A stretch of DNA of 64,000 bases from positions 245,582,001 through 245,646,000 of the forward strand of contig OZ024742.1 of assembly GCA_964016885.1 (NCBI GenBank), read 5' to 3'. The position numbers and the translations under genes are program-made. This stretch comes from Eledone cirrhosa. Lineage: Eukaryota. This document shows, in pieces, positions 22,363 to 35,176 of this stretch. The notes beneath the pieces were generated by a model. It worked only from the letters and a program-made list of their open reading frames with translations, was not told the origin of the DNA and did no database searches. Each line of letters begins with the position of its first letter. The stretch's first letter is position 1.

Positions 22363-22538
22363 TTCATCAAAGTTCTTTTATCACACATTCTGTGACCACC
22401 TCTCTTTTGTGCCTAATCTTCTTTCTGGTCTTAATCTGTTACTCCATACAGATTAAGACCAGAAAGGAGATGAGGCAAAGAAGAGAACAAATAGCCACTG
22501 AGGAGGTCACAGAATGTGTGACAAAAGAACTTTGATGA
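22363..22538. repeat. Imperfect long fold-back hairpin
   Basis: Outer arm TCATCAAAGTTCTTTT..TCACACATTCTGTGACC pairs with GGTCACAGAATGTGTGA.AAAAGAACTTTGATGA. Inner arms CTTTCTGGTCTTAATCTGT and ACAGATTAAGACCAGAAAG close an 8-nt loop. Confidence 0.9.
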
Positions 22539-25500
22539 TAAAGTGAAAATCATGAATTCATTTTTTTTATTGGCAATACTGACATGATCATCCTCAAATA
22601 TAACAATATCGGCAATATTTTGATGATTTTCATCAGCTTCAAATACATAAATAAGATGCTGAAGTATCTGGAGTGATAATTTCACAATGAAACACTGTTT
22701 TTCTCCATTTACTATATCGTTGCGAGTTTTATTTATGCATTGCATTAAGAACATTCCCAACAAATTTTTATTATTTGAACTTTTTAATACATAAATATTA
22801 CCTACACATACACCAACTGTTTTTCTCTGACTTAAGTATACTTTTTCTTTCAATCTTTTGTTTCACTTGCTTCCTCTACAGTATTCTCTTGGTTCATCTC
22901 TTTCAACTATTCCCTATTCATTTCGATTTACCCTAGTATTTTTAATGATCTCCATAATAGTTAAAGAATTTCTTTTTATATAATACCTTAATCTCAAAAT
23001 ATATTTCTTTATAATTTAGGATTTTCTTCTAATTATAAAGAAATAAAATTTTCTAAATATGTGGAAGGTGGTTGTCCTGTTTTCCCTTGGGAGTTTTGTA
23101 CGTAGTGGATTTGTAAAACAAAAACATTTTAAATATCAAATTATTAAAACTTCATAAATATTTTCTTCACTGCTGAGAATTTTAAAACCACACCATGTGT
23201 TGATTTGCTGCCCCAACTTATAAACAAGGTTTGGATTTTTGCTTATTTCTCAGACAAAATAGGCAACTGGCTTATATAAAATATATTATTAAATCCTTCC
23301 AAATTATTTCAAAATCATAGGCAATGTTTTTCATTAGAAATATGCTATTTCTAGCAAGTTGAATGACCGTGCAGAAATTTTTCTATTGGCTTGTCCTAAG
23401 AAATTGTGGCAGTTAATGGTTTTCACTAGTTTGTATACCTGAACACAAAACATTTTATTTACCCCTGATAGAGTCATAAGTTTACTATCATGACATACAA
23501 GATTGAACACAACTGTTTTCTTCCAGAGAAAGAAAGCAAAAGAGACAGAGAAAATGAGAAAGATAAAAGGAGAATTGATGCTAAAACTAGACTGGTATTT
23601 TATCAACCTTGTCAGGATAAAAAGCACGATTTGAACTCGGAACAAAAACCAGAAGACATGCCACAAAGCATTCTATTATAATATGCAAACTATTATCAAT
23701 ATATTAATGGTTAAGACTTAAATCTTAAAATACATTTGTAAACCCAATAAAATCCACCTTGTACACTCTGTAAAGTGTGTGGCAACCAGAAAATATTGGT
23801 CTCTCTAGTCTAGTTGAGCATATAACAACCTCACTAGTGTTGGTGCCACAATAGATTGTACCCAGTACACTCTGTAAAGTAGTAGTGTTGGTATCACAAA
23901 TTGCACCCAGTCAATGTTAAGTGCTAGTGCCACAATAACATGCAACTGGTACACTCTGTAAAGTGGTTAGTGTTATGAGAGCATGCAGCTGTATAAAAAA
24001 TGCTGAATATGGAATGCACAAGTAAAACGTTCCCAAACCTGCCTTGACAACTCATCCGACCTTCGCCAGCATGGAAAGTCGATGTAAAATGAAGATATTG
24101 AAATAAACAACAACACCATGTTGTAAAAAGATATTTCTGAATAAAGAAATACAAAAAGATTACACAAATTATTTTTTTAATAAATCAACCATTCCTTAAA
24201 ATTATCATATTTCTGATTTTATTGAAAATAAGTCTTTTAAAAAAAAAAAAAAAAAAAAAAAACATTTTAAAAATGCCAACTAATTTACATTGTTCACAAT
24301 AGGATTTAACAATAAAAGATCAATTGGAAATACGAAATTGATACCTTAACAATTTGGAGGGAAAAGTGTGTTCTTTAAAAGCTATTAAAAATAGTTGAGA
24401 TATAGCTGTGAACTCAGTTTCTAAAATAATTATCTGAAAACGTTTTGTTTTTAAAAAAAATGTGTATCTTACTTTATAACACATTTTAAAAAACTCATAA
24501 CATCCTGTAATGATTTAGCAGAAAATATTTAAAAACAGGTTTGTTAATTCAAATGTTTGTAGTAGCTTTACTAGTGGACAGGCAGTTGTGTAAATTTTCT
24601 GTATCAGTGTAAAGACTTATTTTTAATGTAATGCAGTTAGTGTTTTGTATTTTTTAAAGAATACCTTGCTAATGTGATTTGTTAATTCAAATGTTTATAG
24701 TATCTTCACCAGTGGACAGATCATTGTGAAAATTTACAGTACCACAGTAAAGACTAATTTTTAATGTGATGCAATCATAGTGGTGTTTTATATTTTTCAA
24801 GAAGGTATTGGTAATGTGGTTTGTTAATTCAAATGTTTATAGTATCTTTAGTGGGCAGATCATTTTGAAAGTTTACAGTAATTTAATTTTTAATGAATGT
24901 ATTGCTTATGTGGATTCATGCAGTACAGGATGTAAAGAATTAAGTAGTATTTATGATCCAGTTTTGAAAGCAAACTATCAGCAGGAAATTCTGTTTTAGA
25001 AGAAACCTGCATAATGATGGTGAATTTGAGAGGTTGTACAAATATATATAAAAGGAAAGGAAAAGAAAAGAGCTGATTGTTCGATCAGATCAAGGAAACA
25101 ATGTTTCCATTAGTCTTCCTATTGCTGATACTATCTGTTGGTTGCAACTCCTGGCAGGATTTGAACTTAAAACACACAGAGCCAGATCAGATAGATTTGG
25201 CAGGATGTTTTGCACTAACAATCATGTCAACCTACTGCTCCAGATTGGTGCTTTATCAATCCTGAAAGGATGAAAGGTAAAATTGACCTAAGAAGGATTT
25301 GAACTGAATGCAGAAAGCCAGAACAAATACTGAAGCCACCATTACAAAGTGACCTCAATAGTTTTTTATTTTTATTTTTTTTTAAAAACTAATTTCCAAT
25401 TTCAAAATGTCTAAAGGAGATTGTCAGGAACCTGCAGCACCAAAGCTACATGTCACTTGTTATCTTAGTAGCAACAAGCATTTTAAGGCCATTTTATTTT

Positions 25501-25994
25501 TTCCTGCTAATGCAGAGAGTAGCTTTGTGGACTATGAAAGGCTTCATGCTCATCATGAGATCTTTTTTGAAGCAATGTTTCCTGACTGGATGTCTATCCT
25601 GGTGCCAACCCTTGATAATGTGCTCTTAGACGCTCTGAATTATTTTATTTTATTCATTATTAATTACATATTAAAATAAAACCCTTGACTTACGATGAAG
25701 CAATTTCACATTAGATTCAAAAACCAAAATTGCCTTGCATAAGAAAATAGTTAGCTAAATTCATGTTTTCTTGTATTTTTGTTTATAATAAATTAGGCAG
25801 CACCAATTGACTCTTATTTTAGTCAAAAGTGGCTCTTCAGATTTAAAATACTTCCCTGGTCTAAAGTAATATGTATAAAAGAAAAAAGGTTAAAAAATGA
25901 AAAAAAGAAAATATATTTATAAAATACTTTATTGAACCCCCAGAATTCTCACATGATATGCAGTTAAATTTTATTAATGAGGGAGTTGAATAAT

Positions 25995-26025
<31 letters not shown>

Positions 26026-27296
26026 ATTTGAGAAATTATGTATAGAAGGAGTCACAACTTTTCTCGTATTCTTTGAGGATGGGGAAATAATAAAACAAAC
26101 TTTGATTATAATTAAACATAAATGAAAAAATTTACTTTCTGAAAATATTTCCTGATGAAATAATAAAAAAAAACAATTTACAGCTCACACCTATGAAGGT
26201 TTAGCTGGCTTCTTATAAGGTTACATGTCACAGGAGGTTTCTCAGATATTTTAATGATAGGGGCCCAGTTCTTACAGCTCACACCCAGTAGGTTTAGCTA
26301 GCCTATGAGGTTGCCTCTCATAAGAGTTTTCTGGTGTGTTTTAATGATGGAATGGACTAACCCTATCAAGAAAAGCAATGTGAAATGAAGTGTCTTGTTG
26401 AAGAACACAAAACTCATCCAACTTTAAAATCATGAGTCCAACACCCCTAGGCCATGTGCCTTTGCTAAAAATATGAGGTTCGACTCAAAAGTTCATAGTC
26501 TGACTAGGAAGGAGTGATGCTAGAGCTGTGAAATCTCGCATGCATTAATTTCAACTCTTCTTAACTGTATTGTTTCTTTCCAAGGACTGTATTAAAAAAT
26601 AAACCTCATTGGGTCATTGAGCTTTTCAGCTGACCCTTGTATATCCTAATGGAACTTATTTATTGAAATAAACTAACAACAAGCAGACACCATCTTATAT
26701 TATCAAATATCAAGAGATGTTGTAGAGACAGGGTATGAAGATTAAAAAAAAATATTCAATGATGGGTGAGTAAAATATATATCCCAACATATTTTGTTAT
26801 GAACAAACTTATGAAAGCTGTACAAATTTGGAAAGTTCATTGTGAGCACCTCCAGATCCTCTCGTTATAATACTGCTAATATTTCATTCTCACTATTCCA
26901 ACATTAATTTGCTTCAGATCAGCTGAAAAGCAAGTAGACTAGGATGGATTGTTTTGAGAATTCATTCATATCTACACACACAAACACAAACACACTCTTT
27001 TTTTCTCTACTTCTTACCTTCATGTAGTTTAAATTGTTTTTTTTTTAATCCATTAATGAAATTATCAAATATTTGTGTCATGCTGTTGGCCATGTTTGAT
27101 TAAGATAAAAAAAAAAAAGAGGCAAGATCAAGTTGAGGGACAGGGGAAAAAAGTTATAAGGCAAAAAAAAAAAAAAAAAGAGTATTGTGTTCATTTTTAT
27201 AATTCAGTCATGTTTGTGTGATTGCTATTGCTGCTGGTTGTCGTGGTGGTGGTGGTGGTAGAGATGATAGATGATTCTGTTAAGTAGATCTCGTGA

Positions 27297-27502
27297 TTAT
27301 TCGCTCTTGTCTTTGGTTTTCCACCTTGATACTCCTGGTATTGGCACTCTGGTAACAACAGCATGGCCAACATCATATCCTTTCCCTGCCACCCATTTGA
27401 CACTTCCTACACCAAGACTCACAGCTCCAGTTGCTGCCCCAGTTGCTGTGCTGTACAAACCACTCGACACTCGCCAAATCATACCAGGTTGTTTGCTGGG
27501 AT
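27297..27502 (-). CDS. TMEM263: TMEM263-like protein, last coding exon
   Basis: Acceptor TTTTTATTTCCAG. Encodes (D)PSKQPGMIWRVSSGLYSTATGAATGAVSLGVGSVKWVAGKGYDVGHAVVTRVPIPGVSRWKTKDKSE*, matching my recollection of vertebrate TMEM263 (QPGMLSRVTGGIFS...GGVAWIGGK...VP...KKKDKSD). Confidence 0.85.
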
Positions 27503-27769
27503 CTGGAAATAAAAAGATACAAATTTCTTAAAATGTTTATAAACTATTAGGTTGATTAGAAATTAATGTAGCTGTTATGCTTTTATTTGTTTCAACATTT
27601 CCTTAAGAATAAAAACTTGTCCAAGGTATGTAAAATTATGCATCATTTTAAAGATTATTTTATGCTTTTCTATGTAATCCACTTAAATATATATTGCATT
27701 TTTGTCAATTATCAGATCTTTGTAGTTAAGATCTGAAAAACAGGATTTTAACTAAATTTATTTCCATGA

Positions 27770-28650
27770 GTTTAAACTCAGCCCTGGTGTAACACAAATG
27801 ACTACAAACCTCAATGAAGTTTGGGGCCAAGGAAGTATTAATGAATGCGTAGTGCAACATTGATTTTAAAAATTTCATTGTGGTGAATTCTTGAAGATAA
27901 GCATGATTACAGATGTCTTTCTGCCAGTGATGACTGAATTCAAACACAACTCTTCAAAAACTTGCAAGAGAGCTAGGTATAAGCATTGGAACAATTTCTG
28001 AAAATTCAAACCAAACCGGAAGAAGCTTGTTAAACTAGTTCCACATGAATTGAAGGAAAACCAGAAGGAAAAAAAAAAAGTTATGAAATTTGCTCTTTGC
28101 TTCTTTTGTGCAACAAAACCCATTTCTTGATCCTATTGTGATGCACAATTAAAAGTGGGTCTTATACAACTGAAGATATTCAACACAGTGGTGGTTGAAC
28201 TAAGATGAAGTTCCTAAACATCTCCCAAAGTCAACATTGCACCAAAAGAAGGTTATGGCAACTGTTTGGTATTTTGTAGCCAGATTAATCCACTACAGCT
28301 TTCTGAATCCTAGTGAGACAATCACAGCAGATAAGTAGTGTAATAAAATTGGTCAGTAGAAAAGATTCAATCTTCTTACATGACAATGCTCAATCATGCA
28401 TTGTACAGCTAAGCTCCAGAAGTTAAACAAATTTGGCTGTGAAACTGCCTCATCCAGCTTACTTACTGGATCTTTCACCAACTATCACTTTATTAAGCTT
28501 TGTGACAACTTCTTGAAAAGAAAAGTCTTCAACAATCAAACAGCCACAAAAAAGTTATTTCAAGGAATTGATCGCCTTTAGAACTTTAGAATTATATGTT
28601 AACAGAATAAATAAATGTGCATCTTGACAAAAATGTGTAGATTCTGGAGT
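27770..28650 (+). pseudogene. Heavily decayed mariner (DD34D-type) transposase in a TMEM263 intron
   Basis: Frameshifted remnants of VPHELKENQK, FLDxIV...KWVLYN, PKHLPK..LHQKKVMATVW, LHDNA and TNYHF. Confidence 0.8.
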
Positions 28651-29074
28651 GAGATATTTTAAAAATTAATGTTTCAAAACATTTCTGAACAATCTGAACT
28701 CTCAGAATTCTCAGATGATATGCAGTTAAATTTTATTAATGAAGGAGTCAAAAGAACATTAAATCTATTTGAGAAATTATTTTAAAGTGTTTATATTTAT
28801 CTAAAAACAAACAGCTTTGTATCTCAGAAGCAGTTTAAGGTATTTTGGTATCCAAATAATTAAAGAAAGCAAACAAAAATTTTCCCTAGAAGATAATTGG
28901 GTTAAAACTTAAAATTAAATGATCAAAAAGAAGCAACAATTAGAAAATTGAAGACAATACATTTATACATATAATGTAAAAATGAGAAATTTAATAGTAT
29001 TTTTTTAATTTTGTTTTCAAATTTTATTTCAAATTTTTTTTTTTTCCCAAATGTTTTTTCCAGTTTGAAATTAG

Positions 29075-29110
<36 letters not shown>

Positions 29111-29466
29111 AATTTGAAATTAAATTAGAATTTCTTTTATTGGAAAAAATAAGGTTATATAACAAATTTAAATTTGAACTAATAAATTTCTAACTTAAGG
29201 TTACATTTTTTCTTTAATTTGATTCAAACTTAAATTTCAATTTCAACAATCCTTTTGATATCAGCCAAAACCAGCTTTGGTTCTATGAAACAAAACCACC
29301 CATTTTAAAGGGTTTCCATTTAAATTTAAATCTTCCAACCAGATATTTTTATAATAAAATAATTTTAGTAAATCCATCAATTCTTCATTAATTAACGGAA
29401 ACAGTATATTTCATTAGAAATACAGTCATGAAAAGGTTCAATTATTCCTTACAAAGGTACAAGGGT

Positions 29467-29695
29467 GGAAGTGCCCGACTTAGTGGTTAGGATGTTGGGC
29501 TTATGATCATAAAGCAATTCATTTTATGTTGCTCCAGTATGCTCAGCTGGAAATGGGTACCAGCATTAGCTGGGGATTTAAGTTTGCAATAAACGGATGT
29601 CCTCTTCAGAGGGGAGTCTTGCACTTTCAGTCGATTCACACCACAGAAACTGGGATACGCACCAGCCTGATGAGCTGCTGAGCTCGAGAGACTTT
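29467..29695 (+). mobile_element. tRNA/CORE-like SINE family B, internally deleted
   Basis: Shares ATGTTGCTCCAGT, CCACAGAAAC..GGATA.GCACCAGCCTG and GACTTT with 31616-31892 and 53401-53680. Confidence 0.7.
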
Positions 29696-30239
29696 AGAAG
29701 GTACAAGACAGCAACATTTTTTTAGGGTGGAGACGACAGTCAATTATATCAATCCTAGTACTCAAAGATAAAATACAAAGTTGATCTTGGGAGAGTTTAA
29801 ACACAGAGCCTAAGAGGGTGCAATTAAATATAGTCAGTCTGATGATCCAGCAATGCTGTCAGTTTACATAAAATATGTTTTATCAGTTTCAAGTTCGAAA
29901 CAAAAAAAACAAAAATTCCATATATATATGTGTGAAACTAATAAAACTTTTTGCACTGGAATAGTGCGTCTTGAACTATATATATATACACACACACACA
30001 TTTTAAAATCAACACAAAATAGCAACTGCGCCACCAATATGTTACCCAGAAGCAAAGAGTTGGTTGGTGTGAGTGGTGAACTGATATTTATAGTTATTTA
30101 CAGTTATCTAGGTTTTATATTTCCCTTATTAAATGAGATACTAATATGAGTGAAAACACATATTTTTGAAGTAATCATTTTACTATCATATCTGTTGCAA
30201 AAAACTATATATATGTGTGTGTGTGTGTGTGTGTTGGAT

Positions 30240-30632
30240 GTATAATATTAGTGTGCATGAAGAACAGAAAGTGGATGAACTGAGAAAAGCTGGGTGTAAG
30301 AAAAATCAGATGTAATGTGCAAGAGAAAAGACTGCTGGTATGGATGAAAAATGCTGAGTGAAGAAGTGCCAGTCTGTGGAAGGAAGTTATATTAGAGGAA
30401 GCCCAAGGAAAATCTGGGCAGACGTGATTAGAACTGATTTCAAAACACTGAACCTCACAATGTGTAGGATGAAAGAATGCTACAAGTGGAGGGAGGCAGT
30501 GCAGGAAAGAACCTGTCCAACCTATGCAAGCATGAGAAAGTGAACAGCAAGTGGAGAGATTCTGTACTGAAAAGGACCTGTCCAACCCATGCAAGTTTGA
30601 AAAAACGGCTGTAAAAACAATGATGATGATGA
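30240..30632 (+). mobile_element. Decayed RTE LINE 3' end with (GAT)n tail
   Basis: Encodes KKCQSVEG...RGSPRKIWADVIRTD, followed by TCCAACCCATGCAAG...GATGATGATG. Confidence 0.7.
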
Positions 30633-31615
30633 AGTAACATGAAGGAGATTTTAATGCTATTTCTATCAAAACAAACACACTACTGACACCTACACACAAG
30701 CTTCTATTGCTATTGTTACAGCATGGATGTTATTAAACTTCTTGGTTGTACTATTTTGATGTAATCTCATTGATTAAGAGGGCCAAATTAAAAACAAAAG
30801 CTGTATTTTCAGAAATAACTACAAATTATGATACATAAATATATCTCATCATCAATCAGAGAGTGACTCCCACAACCACCACCACCACCACCACCACCAC
30901 AGACATTTTAGTCACTACATAATCCAATGTATCCCTAGTATAAGATATGAACATTTGGCTGCTATTTCTAGTAGGTCAAGTGAAGTGCTATAGAAGCTTT
31001 ATTTTTTTTTTGTATTGGCTTGAATATTAATAAACCTTAGTTTGATTCAATCAAAATATTTCCTTCCTCAACAATTTGGCATTTTGCCTAGTCTAAGGAA
31101 ATAACAGTTACAATAACAACAATTCTTTCTGACAGTCACAAAGCCAGCAATTTGGAGGGAGGGGCATGTTGATTAAATCAACCCCAGTGTATTAACTGGT
31201 ACTTTATTTTATCAACCAACATGGAAGGATGAAAGGCAATATTGACCTCGGCAGGATTTAGACTCAGAAAAATAGAGGGCCAGGACAAATGCCACAACGT
31301 ATTTCTTCTGACACTAACAATTGTGCCAATATACCACCTTCATGATAATAATCATTTCTAATTTGGGCTCAAGGCCAGTAAGGGAATGTAAAGTCAATTA
31401 TATTGATCCCAAAACTTTACTGGTATTTTATCGACCCCGAAAGGATGAACGGAAAAGTTGATCTTGAGATTTCAACACAATGTAAAGAGCTGTAATTAAA
31501 TGCCACAAATCATTTTATTCAATGCTTTGATGGTTTCTAATTTAAGTACAAGGACAGTAATTTGTGGGAAGTGGAAAGTCGATTAAATCAACCTTCTTAA
31601 AGGATGCTGAATTAG

Positions 31616-31892
31616 TGGAGGCATGTGGATTGATTTACAATCATAATGTTGTGGGGTTCAATTCCTAGACTGGGTTATGTGTTGTGTTCTTGAGCAAAAC
31701 ACTTCATTTCATGTTGCTCCAGAATACTCAGTTGAAAACGAATACTAGCAGTAGCTGGGGGTTTAACCCTGCAATGGACTGGTATCCTGTCCAGGGGTAA
31801 GTCTTGTACACTTAGTTGCTTAACACCGCAGAAATTAGGATAAGCATCAGCCTGTTAAGCCTCTGGGCTCAAGACAGACTTTAGATTTTATA
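31616..31892 (+). mobile_element. tRNA/CORE-like SINE family B with 13-bp TSD
   Basis: B box GGTTCAATTCC and CORE-like GTGTTCTTGAGCAAAACACTT. GATGCTGAATTAG is duplicated at 31603-31615 and 31893-31905. Confidence 0.85.
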
Positions 31893-31921
31893 GATGCTGA
31901 ATTAGCAGAAACAGTAAGATA

Positions 31922-32117
31922 TATTTCTTTATTTGCCACAAGGGCGCACAAGAAATGGAACATCACAAGACGTGACAGCGGGGGTTTTACAGAAAATTGT
32001 GTAAACAAGTTTAACAATTATAAACAAATAATCGAAATCCCCAATAGGGGGTACATTACTGCGGGGTTGTTTTACACCCCATAGATAGACAACCCTTAAC
32101 ACCAGGATCATGTTTTG
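31922..32117 (-). mobile_element. 3' UTR-only copy of the L1/Tx1-like element
   Basis: Reverse complement of about 36588-36802 (CCTGGTGTT.AGGGTTG...TGTGGCAAATAAAGAAA). Confidence 0.85.
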
Positions 32118-32544
32118 TAAGTGTTCCTGACTGCCCTCTTGTCTTCTTCAATCTACAGGTTTATATACAGTGAAAATCCATTCACTTAGGCCATTTTTGC
32201 CACATTAATCCACCTTTCAGCGATTTTACTGGGGTGCAGCACCTCTCTCCCCACTCTCACCATCCTTTTGAAGACCCTTGTTACCGGGGAAGGTAGACAT
32301 TAAATGATGTTGATGATGAATGTGAGTTGGATTAAATAACTCATGGTGTTGTTAAATCTAATTCACATTCTGAATTAAAATCCTACTTTAGCCGACCGAC
32401 CGTTCTTTCATCCTATCAGTGTTGACATCACTAAATACCAATCAAATACTGATGTCAATCAACTCGATTACAATTGTTCTTCAAAATGTTTGGCCTTGAG
32501 CCAAAAGTCTGACATTATTATTATGGCATTGCACTATTATTATT

Positions 32545-33425
32545 ATGGCATGGTGGATTGGCATTATCGGGAGAGCGTCAGACACCATGTTTTGCAGCTA
32601 GAGTTATGGCCCTTAACGTTCCGAGTTCAAATGCCGCCGAGGTTAATTTTGCCTTTCATCCTTATGGGGTCGATAAAATAAAGTACCAGTCACGCACTAG
32701 GGTCGATTTAATCGACTTACCCCTCCTCCAAAATTGCTGGCCTTGTGTCTATATAAGAAATCATTATTACGGCATGGTGGATTGGCAGTATCGGTAGAGC
32801 GCCAGACACCATGCTTTGCAGCATAGAGTTATGGCCCCTTACGTTCCGAGTTCAAATCCCACCGAGGCTAACTTTGCCTTTCATCCTTACAGGGTCAAGA
32901 AAATAAAGCACTAGTAACACACTGGGATAATTGCTGGCCTTGAGTCAAAAGTAGAAAATTATTATGGCATATAGTTACATCCCTTTAGGTTGTGATTTTA
33001 AACCCCCACCAAGGTCAGCTTTGCCTTTCATCCTTTCAGGGTCGATAAAATAAAGTACCAGTAATGCAATGGGGTTTATTTAATCAACTTTCATCTCCCC
33101 CAATTGTTGGCCTTGTGCCTAAATCAGAAACCATTATTATTACCCGCCGAAGTTAACTTTGCCTTTCATCCTTACGGGGTTTATAAAATAAAGTACCAGT
33201 ATTGCACTGGGATAATTGCTGGCCTTGTGCCAAAAGTAGAAAATTATTATTAGCACTTAATGGTAGAGTATTGGACATGCTTTGTGGCACACAGTTACGT
33301 CACTTTACTTTCTGAGTTCAAACCCTGCCAAGGTTAAACTTTGTCCATACTTACAGGGTCGATATAATCGTCTTTCCCCTTCTTCAAAATTGTTGGCCTT
33401 ATGTCTAAATCAAAAACTATTATTA
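32545..33425 (+). mobile_element. Tandem array of about 5 SINE family A copies
   Basis: The core TTTGCCTTTCATCCTT recurs at about 32648, 32874, 33020 and 33158, with a degenerate copy near 33340. Each unit ends in AGAAA..ATTATTA. Confidence 0.88.
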
Positions 33426-35176
33426 GCACTTATGATGCTGAAGACTGAGTCATGTAGTTAATAGTGCCACATTGTGAAGGTGCATGGCCTAGTGGTTAGT
33501 GTTAAACTTGTGATCTTAGAGTCATGTGTTCGATTCCTGGCTCTGATAGAACATTGTGTTCTTCATTTCATGTTGCTTTCCTTGATAGGACTAGGACTAC
33601 TATCAATAAAACACCCCCCAAAACCTATGAATTGTAAACCCATAGAAGGCCAGCTAAACCTACATAGGTGTGAGCAGTGAATATATCTATTTCATTTTTC
33701 ATATTTTGTGCTGCTTTATTCTTGGCATTAATGTCTTAATCTCCTCCCTCCCCAGTCTGTCTTTATTTGACTATTTGTCTGTGTATAAAAATAGCAAAAA
33801 GATATTTTTTAAAGTTGATTAGAATGAAAATAGATTTATTCAACATGAATTAAGGATTCTTTCCTTTCTTTTCTGTATATCAAAATGTTTATAAGAACCA
33901 GATTACTGAAATAGTGTGCAGTGAAGACAACAAAAATGCTAGTATTTAAAAAATAATCTAAATACATTTAAAAAGAAATATTTAAAATACATATTAGTTG
34001 TAATACCTTAAAAAATACTCTAAGAAATTGGGTATGATGGAAACATGCCAGCATCAAAATTCTTCAATGTCCTGTACCATTTGGAATAGCATTAGCAAGA
34101 CATTCTTATAAAATATATAACAGTATTATAACTGCATCATTAAAAATTAAGGTATATACTCTAATACTACAAATTTTCACAATCTGTCTATGAGTAAGGA
34201 TAATATAAACTTTTGAATTGACTTTTATTTTTTTAGATATTTTCTGCTAAATCTTTACAGAGCTAGAGTAACCATTTTTAAAAGGTGAGAGTCAATTGCA
34301 GAAACTTCATACGCTTCACAAAACATCAAATCAAAATTTACTTTCTCACAGAAGATTTTATTTTTTAAAGGTAGTCATGTTTGCTTTAGATAGTGATGTG
34401 GTAGATTTGCTCTTGTTATGGAACTATAAATATATATCGACATAATAAAACTAGCCCAGCTGTTAAATAGCTCATTGTTTGCTAGTTCTAAGAACAGGTG
34501 CTATCTGCCCACATGCTTATTTTTTTTTTTATTTTTTTTTTTACTATTTATCAAAATGCCAAACACTAATTTCTCTCGACCTATACATTGAAATGTGAAA
34601 CGGAAGGTGATGGGTGGGGGGTGGGGAAGAGGAAATGTTACATTTAATTGAAGGTTGTTTTTCTTTAATAGCTTATGGTTAATATAGAATATGGTAGAGG
34701 TAAGAATATAAGAGTGAAGCATCTATAACCAACCCTAAAAGGTGAAGTGAATTCAAGTTAGTATCATATTCTGCTTGCAAGAGAGCTGACTTTTATCATC
34801 ATCATCATCATATATATATAAGTAAAAATAACATAAGCATTGCAGTTAAGTGGCTAACATATTTCTTTGATTCCAAGTCTTGACTTCAAAACTTTATCAA
34901 AGACATTGCATTGATTCCTCTACGTATATTTAAATCAGCCTCACTCCATTTTAGCTCCTTTGATACTAACCCTACAAACACCACTCCATTTAAACCCCTT
35001 TTGATACCAACCAGCCCCAAACCAACCATTTTAACCCTTTAGATATTAACCCACCCCAAACCACCAATTTAAACTTGATGCCAAACTACCTATTCCTTTG
35101 ATACCAACTGTCAAAACCAGCTCTAGTTCTATGAAACAAAACCACCTATTTTAAAGTGCATCTATTTAAATGAAAA

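Noticed and set aside
29660-29695. CTGATGAGC...GCTCGAGA as a hammerhead ribozyme
   Set aside because: It lacks the GAAA core and stems I/III. The motif is not kept in the sibling SINE copies at about 31850 and 53650.
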